A DNA stretch of 64,000 nucleotides from Eledone cirrhosa (lineage: Eukaryota), in contig OZ024740.1 in assembly GCA_964016885.1 (NCBI GenBank), positions 325,438,001 through 325,502,000 on the forward strand, written 5' to 3'. Positions 40,799 to 56,139 of the stretch are shown piece by piece. Numbering within the stretch: the stretch's first letter is position 1; every line of letters begins with the position of its first letter. The position numbers and the translations under genes were made by a program. The notes under the pieces were generated by a model. The model had not been told where the DNA came from and ran no database searches. It saw only the letters and a program-made list of their open reading frames with translations.

Positions 40799-40854
40799 GC
40801 TAATAAAGAGAGAAACTGAAATTTGTTCGTTACCCATTACAATAGAGAATATAG

Positions 40855-41012
<158 letters not shown>

Positions 41013-41136
41013 ACCTGTGCAATGTCAGTCACAGCCACAGCTATACAATTCCTTTGCTGTAGCTGTCGGCAACAAAAACTCATTAAACATTTCACTCTGT
41101 TTCATTAAAATATTTTATTATTGTTATTATTTTTGT

Positions 41137-41204
<68 letters not shown>

Positions 41205-41277
41205 ATCTTATAATTATGATCATGATATATATATACATACACACACATATATATATACATATAAAAATATATAGATT

Positions 41278-41589
41278 TTGAGTATATGTTGGTTGTATAC
41301 CAACACCTTAGTATGCAGGCTGGAGCACTCGACGAAGTGCGCAGGTTGGTTTGGTTACTCCGGAGTAGTGTAAAATAAAGTTAAATAAAAGTCAAATGAT
41401 TAAAATTTTGCTTCGTTTATTACTGTTATATATATTTCAGTGACAGCCATCTTTGACTGTGACTTCTTCAGGCAGTTTGAATTAGTATGGTATAGACAAG
41501 TACATATGTTGTTGAGGTGTATAATATTGTCAATACTCTGATATGCCCAGTTCCCTGTTGGGTTGTTATTTCACTGGGGAACTGGAGTC
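41278..41589. mobile_element. Short HHR-carrying element, copy 2, with the HHR-containing part inverted
   Basis: 41278-41361 is a direct match to 28709-28792; 41362-41588 is the reverse complement of 28788-29010; HHR at 41422-41476 (minus) has an intact CTGAAGA/GAAA core. Confidence 0.8.
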
Positions 41590-41614
41590 ATACATATAAA
41601 AATATATATATATG

Positions 41615-41681
<67 letters not shown>

Positions 41682-41711
41682 GTATTCATTTATATATATA
41701 TATACACACAC

Positions 41712-41757
<46 letters not shown>

Positions 41758-41761
<4 letters not shown>

Positions 41762-41841
41762 AAAAGAGTCAGGACCCCGACGGCTGAGCTCCGGCCGTTT
41801 CGTCAGATAGTTCGGATCTAGCTGTCGAAAAGGCCGGAGCG
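41758..41841. mobile_element. Hairpin family copy 4 (short)
   Basis: gaccccgacggctgagctccggccgtttcg folded back onto cgaaaaggccggagc. Confidence 0.7.
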
Positions 41842-42309
41842 AGAGAGAGAGTTAGATAGATAGATTCTTTTTATTTTTTTTCCAAACATCATATGATCCT
41901 TATACCCTACACACACACTATGGGTAACCTGTCCTTGTCATTGAGTGACCTTCTGACAAATGAATGAAATTATCATCATCATCCTTATATTCACTATTAT
42001 TATAGTGATTTGTCTTATTGTTATTGCGCATTGTTATTTCATTACCGAGCGATGTTCTGAGTGCATTGGGTATGTGCAGTGTGAATTTTGGTGGTTTTGA
42101 TTCTATTGTATTGAGAATATTCTTCGTAATACGTTTGCAGTGCCTAGTAGTATTTATTTATATGCTGTATATATTTCGTTATCTGTCTGTGTGTGTTTTT
42201 TTATTATTCCTAAAGTAGCTATTATTATAGGTATTGTTTCTGCTTTTATCATCCACATTCGGGTTATTTCTATCATTACACCATCCACAATCGGATTATT
42301 TCTATTTCT

Positions 42310-42972
42310 TGGCTGTACCGGTAGAGGGTCGGACGCCATGCGTTGCAGCATAGTGTTACGCCCCTTTATGGTCTGAGTTCAAATCCCGCCGAGGTAAACT
42401 CTGCCTTTCGTCCTTACATGGTCGATAAAATAAAGCACCAGTCACGCACTGGGGTCGATTAAATCGACTTTTTCCACCCCCAAAATTGCTGGACTTGTGC
42501 CTATATAAGAAACCATTATTTGGCAGTATCGGTAGAAGGTCAGACACCATGCTTTGCAGCACAGAGTTACTGGCCTTTAAGATCTGAGTTCAAATCCCGC
42601 CGTGGTTAACTTTACCTTTCATCCTTACGAGGTCGATAAAATAAAGTACCAGTAATGCACTGGAATAATTGCTGGCCTTGTGCCAAAAGTAGAAACAATT
42701 ATCACCATCAGTAGAAACAATTATTATTTTGTTGTTGCTGTTGTTGAGGGCGGTGGTTTAGCAGTATCGGTAGAGCGTCGGATAATATGCTTTATGACAT
42801 CGAGTTGAGGCCCTTTACGCTCTGAGTTCAAATCCCGCCAAGGTTAGCTTTGCCTTTCATCCTCACGGAGTCAGTAAAAGAAAGTACTAATAATGCGCTA
42901 GGGTCGTTTAATCAAATTTCCCCTCGCTTCAAATTGCTGACCTCGTGCCAAAACTAGAAACAATTATTATTA
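42310..42972 (+). mobile_element. Three tandem tRNA-derived SINE copies
   Basis: Each has a tggcagtatcggtaga-like A box, a gagttcaaatcccgcc B box, the body tttcatccttac.gggtcgataaaataaagtaccagt and a tail of agaaacaatta or similar. Confidence 0.88.
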
Positions 42973-43544
42973 TTGTTCTTGAGTCTCGCGTGATGTGGTA
43001 TCTATCGGCGGAGTAATTTCATTGTTTGTTAACATGTTTTTGTAAACATTTTTCTCTGAGCATTATATATTGTTTTGTAGCTAAACCAATCACCTTCTTA
43101 GTTTCCCTATATCTATAGCCATTATGAGTTAACTATTTCTGTTACTTTTCACAAACCCGCTTCCCGTGGTTGATGTTGATGACACAATTCCTCCACAAAA
43201 TGGGACAGCCAAAGTCCAGAAAACAACGGCAGAAGTAGCAGCAGCAACAACAACAACAACAACAGCAGCAGCAATAACAACAACATCAACAGCAGCAGCA
43301 CCACCAGCACCACCACCACCAGCAGAAACAACTGTAACGACAACCAAAACAGCAACAGCAGGAGCATTGGCAACGACAACCATAAAACAGTAAAAACAAC
43401 AACAAAAAACAATAACAGTAACAACAACAACAACAACAACAACATCAGCTGCAACAACAACGACAGCAGCAACAACAACTTTGACAATTCAGCACGGGAA
43501 AATGATTACAGTGAATTCCCAAGCTTAACACCGTCACCACTCAC

Positions 43545-46500
43545 ACAAACAATGAATAAACTGAACTCAACAAAAACAACAGCAACACTAGCACAAACAC
43601 TAACACCATCACTACCACCACCACAACAACAACAACCACAAAATATAACATAAACAAACGACAAAAACAACAGCAACACTAGCACAAACACTAACACCAT
43701 CACTACCATCACCACAACAACAACAACCACAAAATATAACATAAACAAACGACAAAAACAACAGCAACACTGGCACAAACACTAACCCCATCACTACCAT
43801 CACCACAACAACAACAACCACAAAATATAACATAAACAAACGACAAAAACAACAGCAACACTGGCACAAACACTAACACCATCACTACCACCACCACAAC
43901 AACAACAACCACAAAATATAACATAAACAAACGACAAAAGCACCAGCAACACTAGCACAAACACTAACACCATCACTACCACCACCACAACAACAACAAC
44001 CACAAAATATAACATAAACTGAACGGCAAAAACAACAGCAACAGTAGCACAAACACTAACACCATCACTACCACCACCACAACAACAACAACAACCACAA
44101 AATATAACATAAACTGAACGGCAAAAACAACAGCAACACTAGCACAAACACTAACCCCATCACTACCACCACCACAACAACAACAACAACCACAAAATAT
44201 AACATAAACTGAACGGCAAAAACAACAGCAACATTAGCACAAACACTAACCCCATCACTACCACCACCACAACAACAACAACAACCACAAAATATAACAT
44301 AAACTGAACGGCAAAAACAACAGCAACACTAGCACAAACACTAACCCCATCACTACCACCACCACAACAACAACAACAACAGCCACACAAAATATACCGT
44401 GAACAAACGGCAAAAACAACAGCAACACTAGCACAAACACTAACCCCATCACTACCACCACCACAACAACAACAACAACCACAAAATATAACATAAACTG
44501 AACGGCAAAAACAACAGCAACACTAGCACAAACACTAACCCCATCACTACCACCACCACAACAACAACAACAACAGCCACACAAAATATACCGTGAACAA
44601 ACGGCAAAAACAACAGCAACACTAGCACAAACACTAACCCCATCACTACCACCACCACAACAACAACAACAACCACAAAATATAACATAAACTGAACGGC
44701 AAAAACAACAGCAACACTAGCACAAACACTAACCCCATCACTACCACCACCACAACAACAACAACAACCACAAAATATAACATAAACTGAACGGCAAAAA
44801 CAACAGCAACACTAGCACAAACACTAACCCCATCACTACCACCACCACAACAACAACAACAACCACAAAATATAACATAAACTGAACGGCAAAAACAACA
44901 GCAACACTAGCACAAACACTAACCCCATCACTACCACCACCACAACAACAACAACAACCACAAAATATAACATAAACTGAACGGCAAAAACAACAGCAAC
45001 ACTAGCACAAACACTAACCCCATCACTACCACCACCACAACAACAACAACAACCACAAAATATAACATAAACTGAACGGCAAAAACAACAGCAACACTAG
45101 CACAAACACTAACCCCATCACTACCACCACCACAACAACAACAACAACCACAAAATATAACATAAACTGAACGGCAAAAACAACAGCAACACTAGCACAA
45201 ACACTAACACCATCACTACCACCACCACAACAACAACAACCACAAAATATAACATAAACTGAACGGCAAAAACAACAGCAACACTAGCACAAACACTAAC
45301 CCCATCACTACCACCACCACAACAACAACAACAACCACAAAATATAACATAAACTGAACGGCAAAAACAACAGCAACACTAGCACAAACACTAACCCCAT
45401 CACTACCACCACCACAACAACAACAACAACCACAAAATATAACATAAACTGAACGGCAAAAACAACAGCAACACTAGCACAAACACTAACACCATCACTA
45501 CCACCACCACAACAACAACAACCACAAAATATAACATAAACTGAACGGCAAAAACAACAGCAACACTAGCACAAACACTAACCCCATCACTACCACCACC
45601 ACAACAACAACAACAACCACAAAATATAACATAAACTGAACGGCAAAAACAACAGCAACACTAGCACAAACACTAACCCCATCACTACCACCACCACAAC
45701 AACAACAACAACCACAAAATATAACATAAACTGAACGGCAAAAACAACAGCAACACTAGCACAAACACTAACACCATCACTACCACCACCACAACAACAA
45801 CAACCACAAAATATAACATAAACTGAACGGCAAAAACAACAGCAACACTAGCACAAACACTAACCCCATCACTACCACCACCACAACAACAACAACAACC
45901 ACAAAATATAACATAAACTGAACGGCAAAAACAACAGCAACACTAGCACAAACACTAACCCCATCACTACCACCACCACAACAACAACAACAACAGCCAC
46001 ACAAAATATACCGTGAACAAACGGCAAAAACAACAGCAACACTAGCACAAACACTAACCCCATCACTACCACCACCACAACAACAACAACCACAAAATAT
46101 AACATAAACTGAACGGCAAAAACAACAGCAACACTAGCACAAACACTAACCCCATCACTACCACCACCACAACAACAACAACAACCACAAAATATAACAT
46201 AAACTGAACGGCAAAAACAACAGCAACACTAGCACAAACACTAACACCATCACTACCACCACCACAACAACAACAACAACAGCCTCACAAAATATACCGT
46301 GAACAAACGGCAAAAACAACAGCAACACTAGCACAAACACTAACCCCATCACTACCACCACCACAACAACAACAACAACCACAAAATATAACATAAACTG
46401 AACGGCAAAAACAACAGCAACACTAGCACAAACACTAACACCATCACTACCACCACCACAACAACAACAACAACAGCCACACAAAATATACCGTGAACAA

Positions 46501-49500
46501 ACGGCAAAAACAACAGCAACACTAGCACAAACACTAACCCCATCACTACCACCACCACAACAACAACAACAACCACAAAATATAACATAAACTGAACGGC
46601 AAAAACAACAGCAACACTAGCACAAACACTAACACCATCACTACCACCACCACAACAACAACAACAACAGCCACACAAAATATACCGTGAACAAACGGCA
46701 AAAACAACAGCAACACTAGCACAAACACTAACCCCATCACTACCACCACCACAACAACAACAACAACCACAAAATATAACATAAACTGAACGGCAAAAAC
46801 AACAGCAACACTAGCACAAACACTAACACCATCACTACCACCACCACAACAACAACAACAACAGCCACACAAAATATACCGTGAACAAACGGCAAAAACA
46901 ACAGCAACACTAGCACAAACACTAACCCCATCACTACCACCACCACAACAACAACAACAACCACAAAATATAACATAAACTGAACGGCAAAAACAACAGC
47001 AACACTAGCACAAACACTAACCCCATCACTACCACCACCACAACAACAACAACAACCACAAAATATAACATAAACTGAACGGCAAAAACAACAGCAACAC
47101 TAGCACAAACACTAACCCCATCACTACCACCACCACAACAACAACAACAACCACAAAATATAACATAAACTGAACGGCAAAAACAACAGCAACACTAGCA
47201 CAAACACTAACACCATCACTACCACCACCACAACAACAACAACCACAAAATATACCGTGAACAAACGGCAAAAACAACAGCAACACTAGCACAAACACTA
47301 ACCCCATCACTACCACCACCACCACAACAACAACAACAGCCACACAAAATATACCGTGAACAAACGGCAAAAACAACAGCAACACTAGCACAAACACTAA
47401 CCCCATCACTACCACCACCACCACAACAACAACAACAGCCACACAAAATATACCGTGAACAAACGGCAAAAACAACAGCAACACTAGCACAAACACTAAC
47501 CCCATCACTACCACCACCACAACAACAACAACCACAAAATATAACATAAACTGAACGGCAAAAACAACAGCAACACTAGCACAAACACTAACCCCATCAC
47601 TACCACCACCACAACAACAACAACAACCACAAAATATAACATAAACTGAACGGCAAAAACAACAGCAACACTAGCACAAACACTAACCCCATCACTACCA
47701 CCACCACAACAACAACAACAACCACAAAATATAACATAAACTGAACGGCAAAAACAACAGCAACACTAGCACAAACACTAACCCCATCACTACCACCACC
47801 ACAACAACAACAACAACCACAAAATATAACATAAACTGAACGGCAAAAACAACAGCAACACTAGCACAAACACTAACCCCATCACTACCACCACCACAAC
47901 AACAACAACAACCACAAAATATAACATAAACTGAACGGCAAAAACAACAGCAACACTAGCACAAACACTAACCCCATCACTACCACCACCACAACAACAA
48001 CAACAACAGCCACACAAAATATACCGTGAACAAACGGCAAAAACAACAGCAACACTAGCACAAACACTAACCCCATCACTACCACCACCACAACAACAAC
48101 AACAACCACAAAATATAACATAAACTGAACGGCAAAAACAACAGCAACACTAGCACAAACACTAACCCCATCACTACCACCACCACAACAACAACAACAA
48201 CCACAAAATATAACATAAACTGAACGGCAAAAACAACAGCAACACTAGCACAAACACTAACCCCATCACTACCACCACCACAACAACAACAACAACAGCC
48301 ACACAAAATATACCGTGAACAAACGACAAAAACAACAGCAACACTAGCACAAACACTAACACCATCACTACCACCACCACAACAACAACAACCACAGCCA
48401 CACAAAATATACCGTGAACAAACGGCAAAAACAACAGCAACACTAGCACAAACACTAACCCCATCACTACCACCACCACCACAACAACAACAACAGCCAC
48501 ACAAAATATACCGTGAACAAACGGCAAAAACAACAGCAACACTAGCACAAACACTAACCCCATCACTACCACCACCACCACAACAACAACAACAGCCACA
48601 CAAAATATACCGTGAACAAACGGCAAAAACAACAGCAACACTAGCACAAACACTAACCCCATCACTACCACCACCACAACAACAACCACAAAATATAACA
48701 TAAACTGAACGGCAAAAACAACAGCAACACTAGCACAAACACTAACCCCATCACTACCACCACCACAACAACAACAACAACAGCCACACAAAATATACCG
48801 TGAACAAACGACAAAAACAACAGCAACAGTAGCACAAACACTAACCCCATCACTACCACCACCACAACAACAACAACAACCACAGCCACACAAAATATAC
48901 CGTGAACAAACGACAAAAACAACAGCAACACTAGCACAAACACTAACCCCATCACTACCACCACCACCACAACAACAACAACAGCCACACAAAATATACC
49001 GTGAACAAACGGCAAAAACAACAGCAACACTAGCACAAACACTAACCCCATCACTACCACCACCACCACAACAACAACAACAGCCACACAAAATATACCG
49101 TGAACAAACGGCAAAAACAACAGCAACACTAGCACAAACACTAACCCCATCACTACCACCACCACAACAACAACAACAACCACAAAATATAACATAAACT
49201 GAACGACAAAAACAACAGCAACACTAGCACAAACACTAACCCCATCACTACCACCACCACAACAACAACAACAACAACAACCACACAAAATATAACATAA
49301 ACAAACGACAGAAACAACAGCAACACTAGCACAAACACTAACCCCATCACTACCACCACAACAACAACAACAACAACAGCCACACAAAATATACCGTGAA
49401 CAAACGGCAAAAACAACAGCAACACTAGCACAAACACTAACCCCATCACTACCACCACCACAACAACAACAACAACAGCCACACAAAATATACCGTGAAC

Positions 49501-52500
49501 AAACGACAAAAACAACAGCAACACTAGCACAAACACTAACCCCATCACTACCACCACCACAACAACAACAACAACAACAGCCACACAAAATATACCGTGA
49601 ACAAACGACAAAAACAACAGCAACACTGGCACAAACACTAACCCCATCACTACCACCACCACCACAACAACAACAACAGCCACACAAAATATACCGTGAA
49701 CAAACGGCAAAAACAACAGCAACACTAGCACAAACACTAACCCCATCACTACCACCACCACAACAACAACAACAACAGCCACACAAAATATACCGTGAAC
49801 AAACGACAAAAACAACAGCAACACTGGCACAAACACTAACCCCATCACTACCACCACCACCACAACAACAACAACAGCCACACAAAATATACCGTGAACA
49901 AACGGCAAAAACAACAGCAACACTAGCACAAACACTAACCCCATCACTACCACCACCACCACAACAACAACAACAGCCACACAAAATATACCGTGAACAA
50001 ACGGCAAAAACAACAGCAACACTAGCACAAACACTAACCCCATCACTACCACCACCACAACAACAACAACAACAGCCACACAAAATATACCGTGAACAAA
50101 CGACAAAAACAACAGCAACACTGGCACAAACACTAACCCCATCACTACCACCACCACAACAACAACAACAACCACAGTCACACAAAATATACCGTGAACA
50201 AACGACAAAAACAACAGCAACACTAGCACAAACACTAACCCCATCACTACCACCACCACCACAACAACAACAACAGCCACACAAAATATACCGTGAACAA
50301 ACGACAAAAACAACAGCAACACTGGCACAAACACTAACCCCATCACTACCACCACCACAACAACAACAACAACAACAGCCACACAAAATATACCGTGAAC
50401 AAACGACAGAAACAACAGCAACACTAGCACAAACACTAACCCCATCACTACCACCACCACCACAACAACAACAACAACAGCCACACAAAATATACCGTGA
50501 ACAAACGACAAAAACAACAGCAACACTAGCACAAACACTAACCCCATCACTACCACCACCACCACAACAACAACAACAACAGCCACACAAAATATACCGT
50601 GAACAAACGACAAAAACAACAGCAACACTAGCACAAACACTAACCCCATCACTACCACCACCACAACAACAACAACAACAACAGCCACACAAAATATACC
50701 GTGAACAAACGACAAAAACAACAGCAACACTGGCACAAACACTAACCCCATCACTACCACCACCACCACAACAACAACAACAGCCACACAAAATATACCG
50801 TGAACAAACGGCAAAAACAACAGCAACACTAGCACAAACACTAACCCCATCACTACCACCACCACAACAACAACAACAACAGCCACACAAAATATACCGT
50901 GAACAAACGACAAAAACAACAGCAACACTGGCACAAACACTAACCCCATCACTACCACCACCACCACAACAACAACAACAGCCACACAAAATATACCGTG
51001 AACAAACGGCAAAAACAACAGCAACACTAGCACAAACACTAACCCCATCACTACCACCACCACCACAACAACAACAACAGCCACACAAAATATACCGTGA
51101 ACAAACGGCAAAAACAACAGCAACACTAGCACAAACACTAACCCCATCACTACCACCACCACAACAACAACAACAACAGCCACACAAAATATACCGTGAA
51201 CAAACGACAAAAACAACAGCAACACTGGCACAAACACTAACCCCATCACTACCACCACCACAACAACAACAACAACCACAGTCACACAAAATATACCGTG
51301 AACAAACGACAAAAACAACAGCAACACTAGCACAAACACTAACCCCATCACTACCACCACCACCACAACAACAACAACAGCCACACAAAATATACCGTGA
51401 ACAAACGACAAAAACAACAGCAACACTGGCACAAACACTAACCCCATCACTACCACCACCACAACAACAACAACAACAACAGCCACACAAAATATACCGT
51501 GAACAAACGACAGAAACAACAGCAACACTAGCACAAACACTAACCCCATCACTACCACCACCACCACAACAACAACAACAACAGCCACACAAAATATACC
51601 GTGAACAAACGACAAAAACAACAGCAACACTAGCACAAACACTAACCCCATCACTACCACCACCACCACCACAACAACAACAACAGCCACACAAAATATA
51701 CCGTGAACAAACGACAAAAACAACAGCAACACTAGCACAAACACTAACCCCATCACTACCACCACCACAACAACAACAACAACAACAGCCACACAAAATA
51801 TACCGTGAACAAACGACAAAAACAACAGCAACACTGGCACAAACACTAACCCCATCACTACCACCACCACCACAACAACAACAACAGCCACACAAAATAT
51901 ACCGTGAACAAACGACAGAAACAACAGCAACACTAGCACAAACACTAACCCCATCACTACCACCACCACCACAACAACAACCACAACCACACAAAATATA
52001 ACATAAACAAACGACAAAAACAACAGCAACACTGGCACAAACACTAACACCATCACTACCACCACCACAACAACAACAACCACAAAATATAACATAAACT
52101 GAACGGCAAAAACAACAGCAACAGTAGCACAAACACTAACACCATCACTACCACCACCACAACAACAACAACAACAACAACAACAACCACACAAAATATA
52201 ACATAAATTGAACGGCAAAAACAACAGCAACAGTAGCACAAACACTAACACCATCACTACCACCACCACAACAACAACAACAACAACAACAACAACCACA
52301 CAAAATATAACATAAACAAACGACAGAAACAACAGCAACACTAGCACAAACACTAACCCCGTCACTACCACCACCACCACAACAACAACAACAGCCACAC
52401 AAAATATACCGTGAACAAACGACAAAAACAACAGCAACACTAGCACAAACACTAACCCCATCACTACCACCACCACCACAACAACAACAACAGCCACACA

Positions 52501-53410
52501 AAATATACCGTGAACAAACGACAAAAGCAACAGCAACACTAGCACAAACACTAACACCATCACTACCACCACCACAACAACAACAACAGCCACACAAAAT
52601 ATACCGTGAACAAACGACAAAAGCAACAGCAACACTAGCACAAACACTAACCCCATCACTACCACCACCACAACAACAACAACAACCACAGCCACACAAA
52701 ATATACCGTGAACAAACGACAAAAGCAACAGCAAACTAGCACAAACACTAACCCCATCACTACCACCACCACAACAACAACAACAACCACAGCCACACAA
52801 AATATACCGTGAACAAACGACAAAAGCAACAGCAACACTAGCACAAACACTAACCCCATCACTACCACCACCACAACAACAACAACAACAGCCACACAAA
52901 ATATACCGTGAACAAACGACAAAAACAACAGCAACACTAGCACAAACACTAACCCCATCACTACCACCACCACCACAACAACAACAACAGCCACACAAAA
53001 TATACCGTGAACAAACGACAAAAGCAACAGCAACACTAGCACAAACACTAACCCCATCACTACCACCACCACAACAACAACAACAACCACAGCCACACAA
53101 AATATACCGTGAACAAACGACAAAAGCAACAGCAACACTAGCACAAACACTAACCCCATCACTACCACCACCACCACAACAACAACAACAGCCACACAAA
53201 ATATACCGTGAACAAACGACAAAAGCAACAGCAACACTAGCACAAACACTAACCCCATCACTACCACCACCACAACAACAACAACAACAGCCACACAAAA
53301 TATACCGTGAACAAACGACAAAAACAACAGCAACACTAGCACAAACACTAACACCATCACTACCACCACAACAACAACAACCACACCAAATATAATATAA
53401 AGAAACGGCA
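43545..53410. repeat. ~10-kb minisatellite, roughly 100 units of ~92-105 bp, two main unit types
   Basis: Constant core aaaaacaacagcaacactagcacaaacactaaccccatcactac(cac)n(aac)n, followed by type A cacaaaatataacataaactgaacggc or type B agccacacaaaatataccgtgaacaaacg(g/a)c. Confidence 0.97.
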
Positions 53411-53681
53411 AAAAAAAACATCCACACAGAAAACAACGCAAATGACAACAATAATATGAACAGCAACAACATAAACATCAAAACTTTCGCAGGAACGGCT
53501 GCTAAATCCACTCAAATGTTCAACTTAGACATTTTGGATAAAGACACTTGTTTAGCACGGGCAGTAAAAAGAGGGACACGTCAAGCCTACATTGACCGGA
53601 TTAGCTCATCCGTTAAGCACCGCTTGACAAGGGCATCATCCTCACCATCACTATTAGCGTCTACACCAACACTATCAAACC

Positions 53682-54085
53682 AGGCAGTATCGGTAGAGGG
53701 TCGGACGCCATGCTTTGCAGCATAGAGTTACGTCCCTTTATGATCTCGCCGTTTTTGCCTTTTATCCTTACGGGGTCGATAACATAAAGTACCAGTAATG
53801 CACTGGGGTCGATTTAATAGACTTTCCCCTTCCCAAAAATTGCTGGCCTTGTGCCTATATAAGAAACCATTATCACCATCATCATAGAAAGTCAGACGCC
53901 ATGCTTTGCAACATATAGTTACGGCCCTTTACGGTCTGAGTTCAAATCCCGCCGAGGTTAACTTTGCCTTTCATCCTTACGGGGGTCGTTAAAATAAAGT
54001 ACCAGTCACGCAACTGGGGTCGATCTAATCGACTTTCCGCTCCGCCAAAATTGCTGGCCTTGTGCCTATATAAGAAACAATTATT
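53682..54085 (+). mobile_element. Two tandem tRNA-derived SINE copies
   Basis: Same family as 42310-42972; the first copy lacks the B box. Confidence 0.85.
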
Positions 54086-54461
54086 GCCAACAACATTACC
54101 ACCGCCGTCACCACCATCATTACCACAGTCACCATCAACACCACCATCATCACTATTTCCACCATTACCACTATTACTACCGTCACCACCGTCCACACCA
54201 CTACTACCATCATCACAATCCCCACCATCACAATCATTATCACCGTCACCATCCTACCACCACCATTTGTTTATTTGGACGTATTTTCATGTTGTTTTTT
54301 GGTTGTTTACGATTCCAATTATCACCAATATTGGTTGCTTTATGCAAACTAAATGCATGTATGCATACATATATATCTATATATATACGTTATTCCGGGT
54401 TGAATCGGAGGTAACCACAGTAAGTAAGGTACTCAATACATTGCAGAGTATAAAAGTTTTA

Positions 54462-54579
54462 ATATAGATGAGATTCTACAGGACTAGAACTGTTTCATTC
54501 TTTAGAAATCATCAGGAATATAGATGAGATTCCTGATGATTTCTAAAGAATGAAACAGTTCTAGTCCTGTAGAATCTCA

Positions 54580-54587
<8 letters not shown>
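54462..54587. ncRNA. Palindrome made of two inverted hammerhead motifs
   Basis: Plus-strand 54518-54586: atatagatgagattc-CTGATGA-tttc(taaa)gaat-GAAA-cag(ttctagtc)ctg-TA-gaatctcatctatat; 54462-54519 is its reverse complement. Confidence 0.85.
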
Positions 54588-54626
<39 letters not shown>

Positions 54627-54732
54627 GTTCTGCAATTTTAACTATCACGTAATATGAGAAAAGAACCCGACGTTATGCAACTCATCCATCTTTAATGCTG
54701 AATCATGTTGGTGGTGCGGGAACGGAGTCAAA

Positions 54733-54849
54733 TATATTATAAAGTAAAATGGCAGGAGGCCAAATATGTTGAATTTCCTTAAGTGTTTGCAGAAATAAAT
54801 AATTAAGGAAATTCAACATATTTGGCCTCCTGTCATTTTACTTTATAAT

Positions 54850-54852
<3 letters not shown>
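54733..54852. repeat. Inverted repeat, 50-bp arms, 20-nt spacer, 1 mismatch
   Basis: tatattataaagtaaaatggcaggaggccaaatatgttgaatttccttaa is mirrored at 54803-54852. Confidence 0.9.
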
Positions 54853-54929
<77 letters not shown>

Positions 54930-54931
<2 letters not shown>

Positions 54932-55190
54932 TATCGAGAATCGCATTTCGGCCCACGAAATAACGAAAAACAACCTCCTAGAATGACATCTATGTCCTTG
55001 TTGAGATTATCCAGAAGCTTTATGCCATCATTTGTTCTAATGTAAAAGATACCAGTCTGAGAGACAGGATATTTTGAAGCCGGTCTTTAAAAAAATCTAC
55101 CAACATTGGTGGTGCAATATATTATCAAGGATCTACCAACCATAAACAATAACTTCCAGTGCATTGGGGTTACGAAACCTTTTAACAGAA
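54930..55190 (+). mobile_element. Possible degenerate GIY-YIG C-terminal PLE fragment
   Basis: Remnants NRISAH, AIICSNVKDTSLRDRI.EAGL and LPTLVVQ, across frameshifts. Confidence 0.35.
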
Positions 55191-55287
55191 ACATTTAACT
55201 GCTTCATGGCTGTCCTTAATTTTTACCTTTTTCTTAATTTTGCTTTTTTTTTTTTGTAACTATATTTCCTCTCTGCCTTCCTCACAC

Positions 55288-55349
<62 letters not shown>

Positions 55350-55391
55350 CCTCTCTCCCTCTCTCTCTCTCTCGCTCTCTCTCTCCCTCTC

Positions 55392-55470
<79 letters not shown>

Positions 55471-56139
55471 CTCTCTCAACCCCACTCTCTCATCCCCTCT
55501 CTCTCCCCTCCACACTCTCTCACCCTCTCTCTCACCCATCTCTCTCACGCCCTTCCTCTTTCAATCTCTATCTTTATCTCTCTCTCTATCTCTTGTATTT
55601 GTCTCATATATAATTGTTTCTACTTTTGGCTTTGGCCAGCAATTACCCAGTGCATTGCTGGTACTTTATTTTGTCTCTTATATATAATGGTTATTACATA
55701 CATTTCGCAGTCTGTCATGGCTTACCAACTCTACACGGACGATAAAATCGATTGAATAAAGAAACATATACGTCAGTTTAGAGTCGGATAATTTAACTTT
55801 ACAATTATCTGCCCTTTATCTTAAATCATGCAATCTTGATTTCTTTCGAAAATAAGCTTAACATTGTGACATGTTCATGAAAGTATGCACTATATACAAG
55901 TTTAGATGTAAATTATGATTGTGTATGTATAAATGAGTAAATAGTTTACAATGGGTGTGTGCACACATTCTAAATAATACATATATATAAATACATGAAT
56001 ACATACATTCTTGCATACATTACTACATATATACATACATTCTTTTATATACGTACACTGACTGAGGAATTAAGAAAATAAATTAAAAAATACATGCACG
56101 AATACATACACATATAGTCGCACTCATACATACATTGAT

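Noticed and set aside
42310-42972. tRNA genes
   Set aside because: A and B boxes are present, but there is no cloverleaf, and the copies are multiple, diverged and carry a SINE body and tail.
43545-53410. CRISPR-like or telomeric array
   Set aside because: There are no unique spacers and no cas genes, and the context is eukaryotic. Only a single GGGGTTAG word occurs per unit, with no tandem TTAGGG.
48665-53511. 1155-aa Cys-rich and 1452-aa Val-rich ORFs (metallothionein- or keratin-associated-like appearance)
   Set aside because: They are translations of the minisatellite. Overlapping frames are open simultaneously, frames switch at 95-bp units, and unit variation shows no sign of codon-level constraint.
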